Shown: piece after piece, positions 49,033-60,067 of the stretch | How the letters are laid out: the number at the start of each line of letters is the position of its first letter | Numbering within the stretch: position 1 is the first letter of the stretch | Source: Hyaloraphidium curvatum SAG 235-1 | Taxonomy: Eukaryota > Fungi > Monoblepharomycota | Direction of reading: 5' to 3' | DNA: 64,000 nucleotides | NCBI GenBank assembly: GCA_025558095.1 | Contig: JAIVFI010000001.1 | Location: 1-64,000, forward strand | Program-made: the position numbers and the translations under genes | Notes under the pieces: generated by a model | What the model was told of the DNA's origin: nothing | Seen by the model: only the letters and a program-made list of their open reading frames with translations | Databases searched by the model: none

Positions 49033-52029
49033 TCATCCGTTGAAGCTCATCATGCGCACCAGGTTCGCCACCTTCTCCTGCTTCTCCCCGTCCTCCGCCT
49101 CGCCTTCCGGATCCCCCAGCCCAGCAAACACGTTGTCGTTCTCGGGCGGGCCGGGCTCCGGCGCCGGATCCTCCCCGACGGCAGCGTCGCCGACGGTGTC
49201 CAAGGAATCGGCGGGCAGGAGGGGCGTAGCGGGGTGCGCGGGGCCTTGCTCGACGTCGGCAGGGGCAGGCTCGTCCGCCGCGGGCTTGGCGGGCGAAGGC
49301 CCTTCCTGCTCGTCCGCCGGCTTGCCCTCGTCCACCGGGGTGCCCTTCTCCGACCGCTTGTCGCCGTGATCGGGCACCGCCTCGAGCGGCGTGACCGCAT
49401 GGTCGCCCTCGGCGCCGTCCCGAATCGGGGAGCCTTCCGCCTTCTCCTCGCCTGCTTCGACCTTCTCCTCCCCGCCCCCAACCTCCTTCGCCTCCCCGCC
49501 CTCCCCGCCCGCCGCCTCCCCCACCGCCTCCTCCCCAGCCGGCGCCTGCTCCCCGCCCGCCCCCTCGGCCCACACCATCCCCTCCCTCGCCATCCCCGGC
49601 CCCGCCGTCCAGGCCGGGCTCTGGCTCCTCAGCCTGCCCTGCGACCCGCCGCGCGACAGCGGCGCCCGCGGTAGGGGCACCTTGTCCTTGGGCGGCGTCT
49701 GCGGGTGGGAAAAGTACCCCGCGCCCGGCGCCGCAGCCTGCTCCGCGGGCGGGCGCGCGGGGTGGGAAAAGTAGCCCGCCTGCACGGGCGCCGCGGCCCC
49801 GGCACCGACGCCCGCGAACCCGCCCGCCAGCGGCGCCCCCGCCCCGCTGCCCATGCTCGAGAAGCCCCCCGCCACCCCGGCCACGAGCCCGCGGTGCTGC
49901 GCCTCCCTCGCCTGCTGCACCCAGTTGGCGTACGTGGCCAGCTGTCCCTTGAGCTCCTCGCACCGCGCCCCGAGCTCCCTGTTGTCCTGCTGCGCCTGCC
50001 TCAGCTTCTGCGCCAGCGCGTCGCGCTCCTTCATCGCCGAGCCGAGCTCCACCCGCGTGCGGAGGAGCTCGTTCTCGCTCGCCCGGAGCCGGTCGTCGGG
50101 GTCCTGCGGGCTCAGCGCGCCCAGGATCGCCGAGAGGCCCGAGGGCTGCTTGCGCGCGCGGTACGTCGATACTTCGGCCTCGAGCTTGCGGATCCAGTCC
50201 CCGTCCTTGGTGATCTTGTCCCGCATGGCCGAGATGACGAGGTCCTGGTCCGCGATCCGCCGGTGCAGCGCCGAGACGTCGGCCGAGGGCGGCGCGGGCG
50301 GGCCGCCGGGCGACGCGGCGCCGCGGAGGTGCGCCGGGTTGAGCGGCGACCCGGACAGCTTGGCGATCTCCTCGGCGAGGAACTTGACCTGCTGGCGCTC
50401 GCGCTCCGCCTCGGCGTCGCTGTCCCGCCACCGCTTCTCGGCCTCGCGCGCGCGGCCGTCCGACTCGCTGAGCGCGTTGCGGAGCTCCTTCTCGCGGGCC
50501 TGGAACAGCCGCAGGTTGTCCCCCGAGTCGCGGATCAGCGCGTCCAGGTCGCCCTGAAGCAGGTCCCCGCGCTTGACGGCGTCGGCGAGCTGGTGCTTCA
50601 CCTCCGCCTGCGCGCGCTCGGCGCTCTGCCGCTTGGCCTTCTCGCCCTCGTACTCGCGCTTGAACGTCTCGAGCTGCCGGCGGAGCACCTCGATGGTCTG
50701 GTTGAACCCGGCCGCGGCGGCATCGGCCCGGTGGCGGGACGAGGTCTCGGCGGTCGCCGCGGCCTTTTTCTGCTCCAGGAGCTGCTGCGTCAGGTTGGCC
50801 AGCGTCGCCTGGAGCGCCGTGAGCTCGGCGCGCAGCTTGGGGTCCTCGGAGGGGGGCGCAGGGAGCACCTTGGGGGGAGGGGTGGGGCGGGGGGTCGGGT
50901 GCGAAGGGGGCGGGCGGGCCGTGGGGGGACGGGAGGCGGCCTGTGGGGAGCGCGCGGGGGAGGCGGATTGCGGGCGCTGCGCGTGGGCGTGTTGGGCGGC
51001 GGGGGGGGCTGCGGGGCGCTGGATCGGCTGGCTGGTCGGGCGCCGCGGCTGCTGGGCGGCCACGTGCTGGATGGGAGTCTGCTGAACGGGAGACTGGCGC
51101 TGCTGGGCTTGGGGCGGCCGCGCCTGAGGCGGTGCCACCCGCGCCTGATGCTGCACCGCGACCGGCCGCTGTTGGAGTCGCACAGCCTGGGCCGCCGGCG
51201 CCTGCTGCCTCGTCTGCACTTGCTGGGGAGCCTGCCTCGCCCTCGCGGGCGGCGACGCGTCCCTCGACGGCGGCACCGAGTGCGCCGGCACGCGGGCGTA
51301 GGCGGCCCTGCCCGCCGGCACCTCCTCTTCGTCCGTCTCGGAGGAGCCCGAGTCGTTGGGGTGCCTTTGCAGGGTCCGCTGCTGTTGCGCCGGGGCGAGC
51401 TGCCGCGCGGGCTGGCGCTGCGGCGGGGGCGCCGGCTGCCGCACCATCACCGGTTGGGCCACGGCTTCCGGGTACGCCTCCTCGTCCTCGAGGTACGGCT
51501 CGTCGTCGTAGCCGTCGCCGTCGTCCAACTGCTCCTCCCCGAACGCGGGATCACCGTCCCCAGCCGGCGGCTCCTCGTCCGTGCTGAACTCGACCAGGTC
51601 CTGCTCGGCGACCTCGACCTCCGCGCCGCCATCGCCGTCTTCCGCGTCCTCTTCCTCCGGATAGTCTTCCTCCGGATAGTCTTCCTCCGGGTAGTCCTCG
51701 GCGTAGTCCTCCGGGGCCCCCTCGTCGAAGCCGCCATTTTCCTCTGGCGCCTCCCCCTCGACGTCCTCCGGCATCTCCTCGCCCTCCCCCTCCGCAACCC
51801 CGACATCCCGCACATCCTCGATCGGCTCCTCGCGCGCATCGCCGTACGCCGCCTCGCCGGGGCTGTCTGCGCCGTTGGCGGGCGGAGCCGGCTGCCCGCC
51901 TTCCGCGGGCGCCATCGCCGCCGGGCGGGGCTTCCGCGCCGCGGGCCGCGCAGCGCCGCGCGGGGGGGATGAGGGCGACGCCGGCTTGCGGGCCGCCGAG
52001 GGCGCGCGGGCCGGCGCGGGCGTGGGCAT
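49033..52029 (-). CDS. Large hypothetical protein: acidic N-terminus, Gln/Pro-rich linker, long coiled coil, acidic tail
   Basis: 998-aa ORF with EEDYP repeats and extended heptad region. Confidence 0.8.
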   Translation of the reverse strand: MPTPAPARAPSAARKPASPSSPPRGAARPAARKPRPAAMAPAEGGQPAPPANGADSPGEAAYGDAREEPIEDVRDVGVAEGEGEEMPEDVEGEAPEENGGFDEGAPEDYAEDYPEEDYPEEDYPEEEDAEDGDGGAEVEVAEQDLVEFSTDEEPPAGDGDPAFGEEQLDDGDGYDDEPYLEDEEAYPEAVAQPVMVRQPAPPPQRQPARQLAPAQQQRTLQRHPNDSGSSETDEEEVPAGRAAYARVPAHSVPPSRDASPPARARQAPQQVQTRQQAPAAQAVRLQQRPVAVQHQARVAPPQARPPQAQQRQSPVQQTPIQHVAAQQPRRPTSQPIQRPAAPPAAQHAHAQRPQSASPARSPQAASRPPTARPPPSHPTPRPTPPPKVLPAPPSEDPKLRAELTALQATLANLTQQLLEQKKAAATAETSSRHRADAAAAGFNQTIEVLRRQLETFKREYEGEKAKRQSAERAQAEVKHQLADAVKRGDLLQGDLDALIRDSGDNLRLFQAREKELRNALSESDGRAREAEKRWRDSDAEAERERQQVKFLAEEIAKLSGSPLNPAHLRGAASPGGPPAPPSADVSALHRRIADQDLVISAMRDKITKDGDWIRKLEAEVSTYRARKQPSGLSAILGALSPQDPDDRLRASENELLRTRVELGSAMKERDALAQKLRQAQQDNRELGARCEELKGQLATYANWVQQAREAQHRGLVAGVAGGFSSMGSGAGAPLAGGFAGVGAGAAAPVQAGYFSHPARPPAEQAAAPGAGYFSHPQTPPKDKVPLPRAPLSRGGSQGRLRSQSPAWTAGPGMAREGMVWAEGAGGEQAPAGEEAVGEAAGGEGGEAKEVGGGEEKVEAGEEKAEGSPIRDGAEGDHAVTPLEAVPDHGDKRSEKGTPVDEGKPADEQEGPSPAKPAADEPAPADVEQGPAHPATPLLPADSLDTVGDAAVGEDPAPEPGPPENDNVFAGLGDPEGEAEDGEKQEKVANLVRMMSFNG

Positions 52030-52657
52030 CCCGGGTGAGTTGTGGGAAGGGACCGCGAGACCCCAACATCAGGCACAGCCCGGGTCGGCCGCAGCGGATT
52101 CTCTGGCCGCCGTGTTTCGCCTCTGATTGGGCTGAAATGAGAGCAGTCAGAGGATGCAACGACCATCGCTCCCGTCCGGTATCGATCAGACCCGGATGTC
52201 GCTGTGTTGAACGCATGACGGGCGGGCCAACGGACTATGGAGGCAGCCCCTTCGGCTGCTTGAAAGGCATCCATCCAATCGTCCGAGAGGAACACTCAGC
52301 ACATAAAAGAGCCACTGGCCACGTAAAATCCGCACTCCACCAGTATGTTGGGCTGGATGGCGACCGAGCAGTCACCCGAAAGCCTGAACCCGAGGGCCTG
52401 CCGCCTCTTATCAAGCAGAAACAGTTCCAGGCGAAGAATTCGTTTCAATGGTTCTAGCACGGGGGATTGCAGGTTCCTTCGCCTTGAATGGCGGTTGATC
52501 TCTCCGCTCATCTGGGGAGGTGCGTTGAAAGATGAAAGTGAAGTCCCTACTCGCGCGCGAGCCGCGACCACGGACGCGGCCTATCGCGGGCCATGGGGCC
52601 GCCCGGGGCCGCGAGACGTTTGCCGGCATTGCGCCTGACCTCCTAGGAAGGCTGTCG

Positions 52658-55600
52658 ATGTGGAACCGGCTGTTCGGGTCGGGCAGCGGGCCGCCCCCGC
52701 CGGCGTCCCCGCAGCCGGTCGCCGCCCCAAATGGCAAAATCGCGATTGCCGGGGCGCCGCCGCGGCCGCCTCCCATGGACTATTTCGCACTGCCGCCGCG
52801 GGATGGCACGGGGACGCCGGGCACGCCGCCGCTGCCGCCGGTGCCGCGCGGCGGGTCGCCGCTGCCGCCGCCGCCGCCCGCGGACAAGGGGCCGGCTGCC
52901 AACGGCCTGGGGACGCCCAGCCTGGGCCCTAGCATGGGGTTAATTCCGGTGGCCAATCTGGGGAGCAATTTAAGCGCCACCTCGGGACCGCTGGCGGGAC
53001 AGCTGGCGGGACAGCTGCCCGGGGCAACGGACTCGTTCGGCTCTGCGGCCAGCCGGTCTCTGGGCCGCTCGGGCTCGAGCCGACCGCTGTCGGGCTTCTT
53101 CTCCAAGGCGCCGCTGCCGCTGCCGCCCCCGCCGCCCGCGTACGCGTCGCCGTTCGGCGGCCCGCCGCTGCTCACCTTCGACCCGTTCTTCCCCGACGAC
53201 GACGACCGCGAGGGCCCGCTGCCGCCGCCGCCCCGCGCCGCGCAGGGCTTCCTGTCGAAGCACCTGCACCTCGCCCGCGACGCCGCCTTCCGCGCCTTCG
53301 CCGCCTCGCTCGACGTCACCCGCGTGACGGACCGCGTGATCGCGTGCGGCGCCGTGGGGACCGGCCGCTCGGACCGCTCCTCGAGAAGGGTCAACGCCCG
53401 CGACCTGGCGCGCTTCCTCAACGCCCGCTACCCGGGCAAGTACATGGTCTTCAACCTGGCCTGGGGCGCCGAGCCGGCCTACGACCCCGCCGAGTTCGGC
53501 AACCAGGTGGTCTCGTTCGCCGGCACCGAGGGCGGCGCGCCCACGCACCTCACCCTGCGGCTGCTGTTCGACGTCGTGCGCGCCTTGCACGCGTGGACGT
53601 CGGCGGGGGAGGACCACGTGGCCGTGGTGCACTGCACCGACGGCATCGCGCGCACGGGACCCGCGGTCGCAGCCTATTTGGCGTTTTCCGACGCCGTGCC
53701 GACGGGGGTCGAGGCGCTCGAGTACTTTCTGGAGCGCAGGATCGGGACGGGGCGGAGCGAGGGGGAGAGCAACCTGCTCAACAGGATCAGGGAGGCGTTT
53801 GCCGGCGAGGGGATGATGGGGGCCAACGTGGTCGGCCTGATTCCCGGTGGGTGGCCGACCCACCCTGCGGCCGACAAACCTTTGCTCATCACCGCCCCCT
53901 TTCCAGCCCAATATCGGCGATACGTCCAGTACTTTGACGCCCTGCGCGCCACGGGCGGCACCGTACCCAACCAGGCCCAGCTCTCGCTGCTCCGCGTCGC
54001 CCTCAACCCGCTCCCCCGCGCCGGCCGCCGCCACGTCCGCCCCGGCATCGAGGTCTACGTGCGCGGCCGCCTCGCCTACTCGTCCGAGCTCGCCGCGCGC
54101 TCCCTGTCGGCCTTTTCCGAGCTGGGCGAAGGCGACGAGGACGACGCCCCCGTTTCGCCGACCACCTTCCGCGCCCCCGCCGCCTACGCCTCCTCCTCCG
54201 ACTCGGACGACGCACCCCGCCAGGTGCGCAACTTCCCCGACGTCGCGATCGACGGCGGCACCGCGGTCGTCCGCCCGCGGCGGCCGGTACCGGTGGACAA
54301 GGACGTGCTCCTCCGCGTCGTGGACCACACCCCGCGCGGCGGCAAGGCCACCGTGCTCACGTTCGGCTTCCACACGGGGTTCATGGTCCCCGGCACCATC
54401 CGCGTCTCGCTGCGCTCGGGCGAGCTGGACCTCGCGGGCATCCGCGGGCCGGCGGACGTGGACGCCAGGTTCGGGAGGGCGTTCGGGCTGGACCTGATCT
54501 TCGGGACCACCGCCGGCGCCGGCGCCGGCCCCGGGGCGGGGGCGGGGGCGGACGGGTACGGGGAGTTCCTGGACGGGTCGGCGTACAAGTGCCTTGCCAA
54601 GCTGACGAGGTACCACGTGGTGCGACCGGATGCGGCGTTCAAGGAGGCGCTCGAGGGGCAGTTCAAGGTGCTTCCCGTCGTCGGTGGGTCATCATCCCGC
54701 TGTGCACAGACCACAAGCTGACTGGCGTCCATTTGGCAGCCGACTACATCCTCCAGCGGACCAACAACACCATCCACGAGGCGCACGAGTGGATCGTCGC
54801 GCGGATGCCCTCGCTGCCCTTCTTTTCGCGCGTCGCCACGGATCTCGCCGCCATCGAACGCGACGCCCTCGAGGCGCGCGAGGCCCGGCGGCGGCGCCGC
54901 GCCGAGGGCGGGCGGTGGCGCTCCCGCGCGCTGGCGGCCGAGGACTCGTGGTCCGCCGACGACTCTTCCTCCGTCACGCGGTCGGTTTCGCGGTCGGGCA
55001 CGCCCTCCCGCTCGGGCAGCCCCGCGTCGGGCTTCTCCGACGTCGACTCGGAGGCGTGGGAGGAGCCCCCCGTGCGGTTCCGCGGCGGGCCGCTCCGGAT
55101 CCGCGGGCACGACAGCGGCGTCGGGACCTCGCGGTCCGATGGCAGCGCGGGGAGCAGCGGGCCCGGGGACGACGACGCGGCGACCCCCGTGGCGTCCGAG
55201 ATGCCGGCGGACCTGCTGATTCTGCGCAAGGCGGCCGGGTCGGGTGCGGGCGACGCGCTTTTCGGGGCGGGGGAGAGGGCCGCGGACGACCTCGAGGCGC
55301 TGAGGAGGGATCTGGTGAGCAAGTTCGGGAGGTTCGCGGTGTCGGGGGCCGGGGATGCGGAGCCGTCGGTGTGGGTGTCGAGGAAGCCCACCGCCGCCGG
55401 GAGGAGGAGGAAGTCGGGCGGGCAGCCGGCGCCGGCGCCGAGGGTGCCCTCGCCGCAGTACTCGCTCCCTTCGGACGACGAAGGCCCCGGATCCGAGGTC
55501 TCGGCCAGCGTTTCCGCGTCGGCTTCGGCGTCGGCGGACGAGTCGTACGCGCCCGAGGAGGTCGAGGCGCCGCGCAAGGTGTGGATCCGCAGGGTACCCA

Positions 55601-57909
55601 AGGCCGCGTCGGACACGCAGGCCACGCTGCCCGGGATCGCCGAAACCTCGCCTGCGGGGGTGGACGAGGGAGCGGCGGAGGTGGAGGTTGGCGAAGGACC
55701 TGTGCCGGGCGCGAACGTTCCCCCTGCGCCGCCACCGCCGCCGATCCTTGCTTCCAACATACCCCCGCCTCCTCCGCCGCCTCCGATCCTGCCTTCGAAT
55801 GTACCGCCGGCTCCCCCTCCGCCTCCGCTGCTCCCCTCCAACATCCCTCCCGCACCGCCGCCGCCACCGATGCCGGGATCCAACATCCCGCCTCCCCCTC
55901 CTCCGCCTCCGATACCGGGATCGAGCATACCCCCTCCACCGCCTCCGCCAGCGATGCCTGGTTCCTCGATCCCGCCCCCTCCACCCCCGCCGCCCATGCC
56001 GGGCGGCGGTCCTCCTCCGCCGCCGCCACCACCTCCTGTCGCCGGCGGACCTCCTCCTCCGCCGCCTCCGCCCCCGGGGCCGGGCGGCCCGCCGCCGCCG
56101 CCCCCTCCCCCCGGAAGCGGCCCGCCCCCTCCGCCTCCGCCGCCCGGTGGGGGCCCTCCCCCGCCTCCAGGGGCTCCCTCGCCGCCGCCCGTCGCGGCGC
56201 CCGAGCCGAAGCTCCGCGCCAAGGCGAAGCTGCACTGGCAGGAGATCCGCGAGGAATCGCACCGCATCCGGGACTCGATCTGGTTCTCGGCGCCCAAGCC
56301 CGCCCGGGCCGACGGCGAAGAAAGCGGGGACGAGGAGGAGGACCCCCCGGTGCCGCTGACGGTGGAGCTGGACGTGCAGAAGTTCGAGGACCTGTTCTGC
56401 GTCGCGCCGCCCGTCAAGGGAGCCAAGAAGCCGGTCGAGGTCGCGCGCGCCGAGTCGCCCAAGGCGCCGCAGGCGGTGTCGCTGCTCGACGGGCGCAGGG
56501 GCCAGAACGTTTCCATCGGCGCGGCCATGTTCAAGCGGACCAAAGGCCTGGGGCCCGCCGAGATCCGCAAGGCGCTGGCGGATTTCGACGACGCGTTCGT
56601 GTCCCCCGAGGACTGCGTGGCCCTCGAGCCGCTGCTGCCCAACCCCGAGGAGCGCAGCGCGATCCAGGGCTACCTGGGTTCCGGGGACGACCCCGACGGC
56701 GCCAAGCTGGGCCAGCCGGAGCAGTTCATGGCCGAGATGATGAAGGACCCCAACGTGCCGCACTACGTGGCCGCCTTCATCTACAAGGCCAGCCTGGCGG
56801 CGGAGCCGGACCAGATCGAGGTGGACCTGAACATGGTCATCGAGGCGTGCGGGAAGCTGAGGCGGAGCGAGACGCTGAGGAGGGTCGTGATCGCGGCCAG
56901 GGACATTGGCAACCTGACCAACTGTGTGTTGCTCTCGCGCTGCCGTGTCGGTGCCGGCTAACGTTACCCCGGTTCGATTACAGACGAGTACTCGGGCCGC
57001 TCGACCAACCAGTGGGGCCAGCCGCAGAAGCGCGCCGTGGCCGTCAAGATCGAGTCGCTCGTGCGGCTGCGGGACGTCAAGTCGGCCGACGGCCGGATGA
57101 CGCTCATGAACTACCTGGTCGAGATGGTCTCGCGGACGGACCCGGCCGTCGCCGAGCTGCCCAAGGAGTTTGCGGAGCTCAAGAAGGTCCGGATGGTCGG
57201 GATCCGCGACCTCGTTGCGCAGTACGCTCTGCTCCGCAAGAACCTCGGCTCCTTGTCGTCGTACCGCTACCGCGAGGTCAAGGGCGAGGACAAGCCGGCG
57301 TTCGAGGCCAAGTTCGCCGCGTTCCTCGCCCAGGCCAAGGAGCGGCTGGACCGTCTGGGCGCCAAGATCGAGGAGACCAAGGAGGCCTGGCTGCACACGG
57401 CGGCCTACTTCCTCGAGGACGTGGAGGACTACGACGACGTCTGGGAGGGACCCGGATCGGGCAAGCCCGCTGCCTCGGGGGAGGAGGGCGAGAACCAGGC
57501 CAAGCAGCCCGAGGCGCTATTCGCGTCGCTGGACCTCTTCATGAGCTACGTCGCCGAGGCCGTGCAGCAGAACAAGAAGCGTGCCGACGACGAGGCGCGC
57601 CGGATCAAGCGGGCCAAGGAGGCCGAGGAGCGGGCCAAGAAGGGGATGCCGCCCGAGGAGGAAAAGGGCGGGGCCGGGGTGCGCAAGCTGCGGCACCGGA
57701 CCGTCTCGGGGGAAAAGGCCAAGATGTCGTTCTCGGACGTGGTCATGGAGGCGGCGCTCAAGGCGCGGGCGAACCCCAAGCTGGGCTTGGAGTTGTTCGA
57801 GGAGGCGCCGCGCGTGCGCAAGGGGCGTTCGGGCGGGTTGAGCAAGGTCGGGACGGGCGTGTGTCCAGAGTGTCAGATGCCGAAGCAGGGATGCGAGTGC
57901 AAGTTCTAG
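52658..57909 (+). CDS. Formin with PTEN phosphatase-like and C2 domains (PTEN-C2-FH1-FH2); introns 53847-53906, 54684-54739, 56924-56983
   Basis: LDVTRVTDRVIA, YMVFNL, VVHCTDGIARTG, IPAQYRRYVQYF, FGFHTGF; polyproline FH1; KLHWQEI, LLDGRRGQNVSI, IGNLTN, KIESLVRLRDVKS..TLMNYLV. Confidence 0.92.
55713..56190 (+). repeat. FH1 tandem repeats (about 42-bp units encoding S-N/S-I-P8-I/M-P/L-x, grading into G-G-P8)
   Basis: Directly visible in ORF 54589..56961. Confidence 0.9.
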
Positions 57910-58227
57910 ACAGATGGATGGATGGAGATGTGTTTCTCGTACATGGAATGAAAAGATTGGTCGAACGTTGCAGTTGGGGTCCGGGACCTCGGCCCTGTCT
58001 CAAAAACCCCCGCGCGCGACGGACAGGTCCCAACAGGACTTCGGTCCCTATTGAGGGCCTACCAACACGACCAATCTCCTCAAGGCACTCCTGAGATACA
58101 TCGCATGATTGACTTGGCCTACTGGCGCGGCATCGTCTGGCTTTGCCTTTAATTCCCCGCTCAGATCGATGGCTGGTGTCAGGGAAAGTTCGGGGGCCTC
58201 CCTCAGTCGCGAGTACCGCGCTCAACC

Positions 58228-58925
58228 ATGAAGGCGCTCCTTGCCTGGCTGTTCCTCGCCGCGGCCGTAGCCGCCGTGCTCGTGCCCGCCAGGCGTGCTG
58301 CCGGCCCGCGCCGTGCGGCCCATGCCGACCGCCTTCCTGACGTTCCCCGTCCCCAAGCGCCGCCCCTGCTGGCAAGAGGTAGTGGCAAGAGGGGAAGACC
58401 TCTTGCCACCTGCCGAATCCCGCGCGGTGTGTTACCGCCGCAGCTGTAACGATTGCGATGCGGATCAATATTGGTGAAGGAACCGGCACGCTCCGCGCCA
58501 GAACCCCCCCTGACGCCCTTAACCCGCTCGATCCCGACATCCTGGACTCCCCGCTGGTTCCCAGCGAGTTCGGGTACCCCGGCACCCCCGAAGACAGCAT
58601 TGCCTGCGTCACCCACGCCTCCTCCTCACACCTCTACCGGCGCTACGGCCCGGCCGGCTACAGCCTGTGCCCCGGCCTTGTGATGTGCTGCGGTGGCTAC
58701 CTGGAAGAACATCCCGACCTGACCACCGCGGCGTCCTGCGCCGACGCTTGCAACTGCAACAACAACTGCAAGTACATGCTCTTCAAATCGGTCGAGCCCA
58801 CTGGGTGCGTCTTCTACGGTGCGGCCTGCACAAGTTACGACAACGTCTCGTATTCAAGTTTCGACATGTACGCCAAGGCAGGAAACGCGTGCCCGGGAAC
58901 CTACCAGAGCTGCAACTCCGACTAG
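58228..58925 (+). CDS. Small secreted Cys-rich protein with PAN/apple-like domain; two introns; possible 1-nt frameshift in exon 2
   Basis: Signal peptide MKALLAWLFLAAAVAAVL; VAR/ESR propeptide, CYRRSCNDCDADQYC (spliced); TTAASCADACNCNNNCKYMLF...GCVFY matches PAN Cys spacing. Confidence 0.65.
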
Positions 58926-59202
58926 AGGCGGCGGGCTCGCGTCGGTTGCAAGCTTCTGGCCGGCGCATGAACCGCTCGGCATTCGGCGTCGCCCATCCGC
59001 TCCAGCGTCCTTGCCATTAATTGCGCGTTGCTTTCGAGAGAGGAAAAGGGTAGATTTTGTATGTACGCCTGTCTGGAGGTAGATCAAGTTTACGCACCAT
59101 CCGCCTATGGTAACGGTGGGCGCGAGCCCCAGCGTCTTCTGCCGGCGCGGAACGGCGAACGCCACATCACCGCTACGCTCCACCCCTCCCCATCCTCTCC
59201 CT

Positions 59203-59629
59203 AGAGGACCACGATGACGTGTGGAAGGGGCAACCCCTTCTCCAAAACCACCGTGGACTTATACGACGCCGGCGGCAACAGGGCCCGCCCGACTGAAAAC
59301 GACGGATAGAAGGATACCAGGGATACTTGAAAGATAAATCCTAGGGTACAAAGGATACCAAGGATATTCGAAGGATATTGACGGATATTGAAGGATAAGC
59401 GGCCGCCGTTTTCAGTCGGGTGGGCCCTGGCAACGCCGTTCCCAGCTTCACGGACCTCCTGATACCCGGTACGGCGGCGCTGCCCTAGCTACTCGATCCC
59501 GCTGGCCGGGTTCCCGGCGGGCAACGGGTTCGGGTTCGAGATCAGGTTCCACGGCTGCAGTGCAGCTCGTGCGGGTACGGCTACACCGTGCTGTACTATT
59601 CCACGCCCGAGGTTTGCTGCGGGACGTGA
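59203..59629 (+). pseudogene. Relic exon of a Cys-containing gene interrupted by a MITE; second decayed copy at 48270-48517 (-)
   Basis: MTCGRGNPFSKTTVDLYDAGGN/AVPSFTDLL..FPAGNGFGFEIRFHG..CSSCGYGYTVLYYSTPEVCCGT* with small indels. Confidence 0.6.
59279..59429. mobile_element. 151-bp MITE, 27-bp TIRs, GCAA target-site duplication
   Basis: CAGGGCCCGCCCGACTGAAAACGACGG ... CCGCCGTTTTCAGTCGGGTGGGCCCTG (2 mismatches); GCAA at 59275-59278 and 59430-59433; absent from the paralogous arm. Confidence 0.92.
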
Positions 59630-60067
59630 TCGGCTTTGAGTCGGAGCGACCGTGACGCAGGGATGCGACGGCATGCCCTGTCCTCCCTCCTCCACATGCC
59701 AGAACACCGCACCGCCCGGCAGATCGCTTGCCATTGTCGTCGAGGGCCGACGGATCAACGGACACGGACAGAAGGTCGCCTGCACCGTACGATCCGCTCG
59801 TCTCGTTCCGGAGCGCGGTCGCGCTCGGTAGCGATCCGCCCGAACCCATGTTGAATCCACACGGACCGCGAACCGCACGAGGAGAAAACCACAACTCGTA
59901 GTGAAGAGAGACATGCACGCCCCTCTAGACGACTTGCAGACTCCAACCCAGACGCAGAAGATCCAAGCCGCGGCCGGCTGCAAGATACACAATTCCTTCC
60001 GGGACGATTTCCAACCGTCCAACCCAGACGGAGCAGGAGATCCAACCCGCGGTGCCGGACGCGCGGG

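Noticed and set aside
59305-59400. CRISPR-like short repeat array
   Set aside because: Eukaryotic context, about 10-bp units with no spacers; explained as MITE interior
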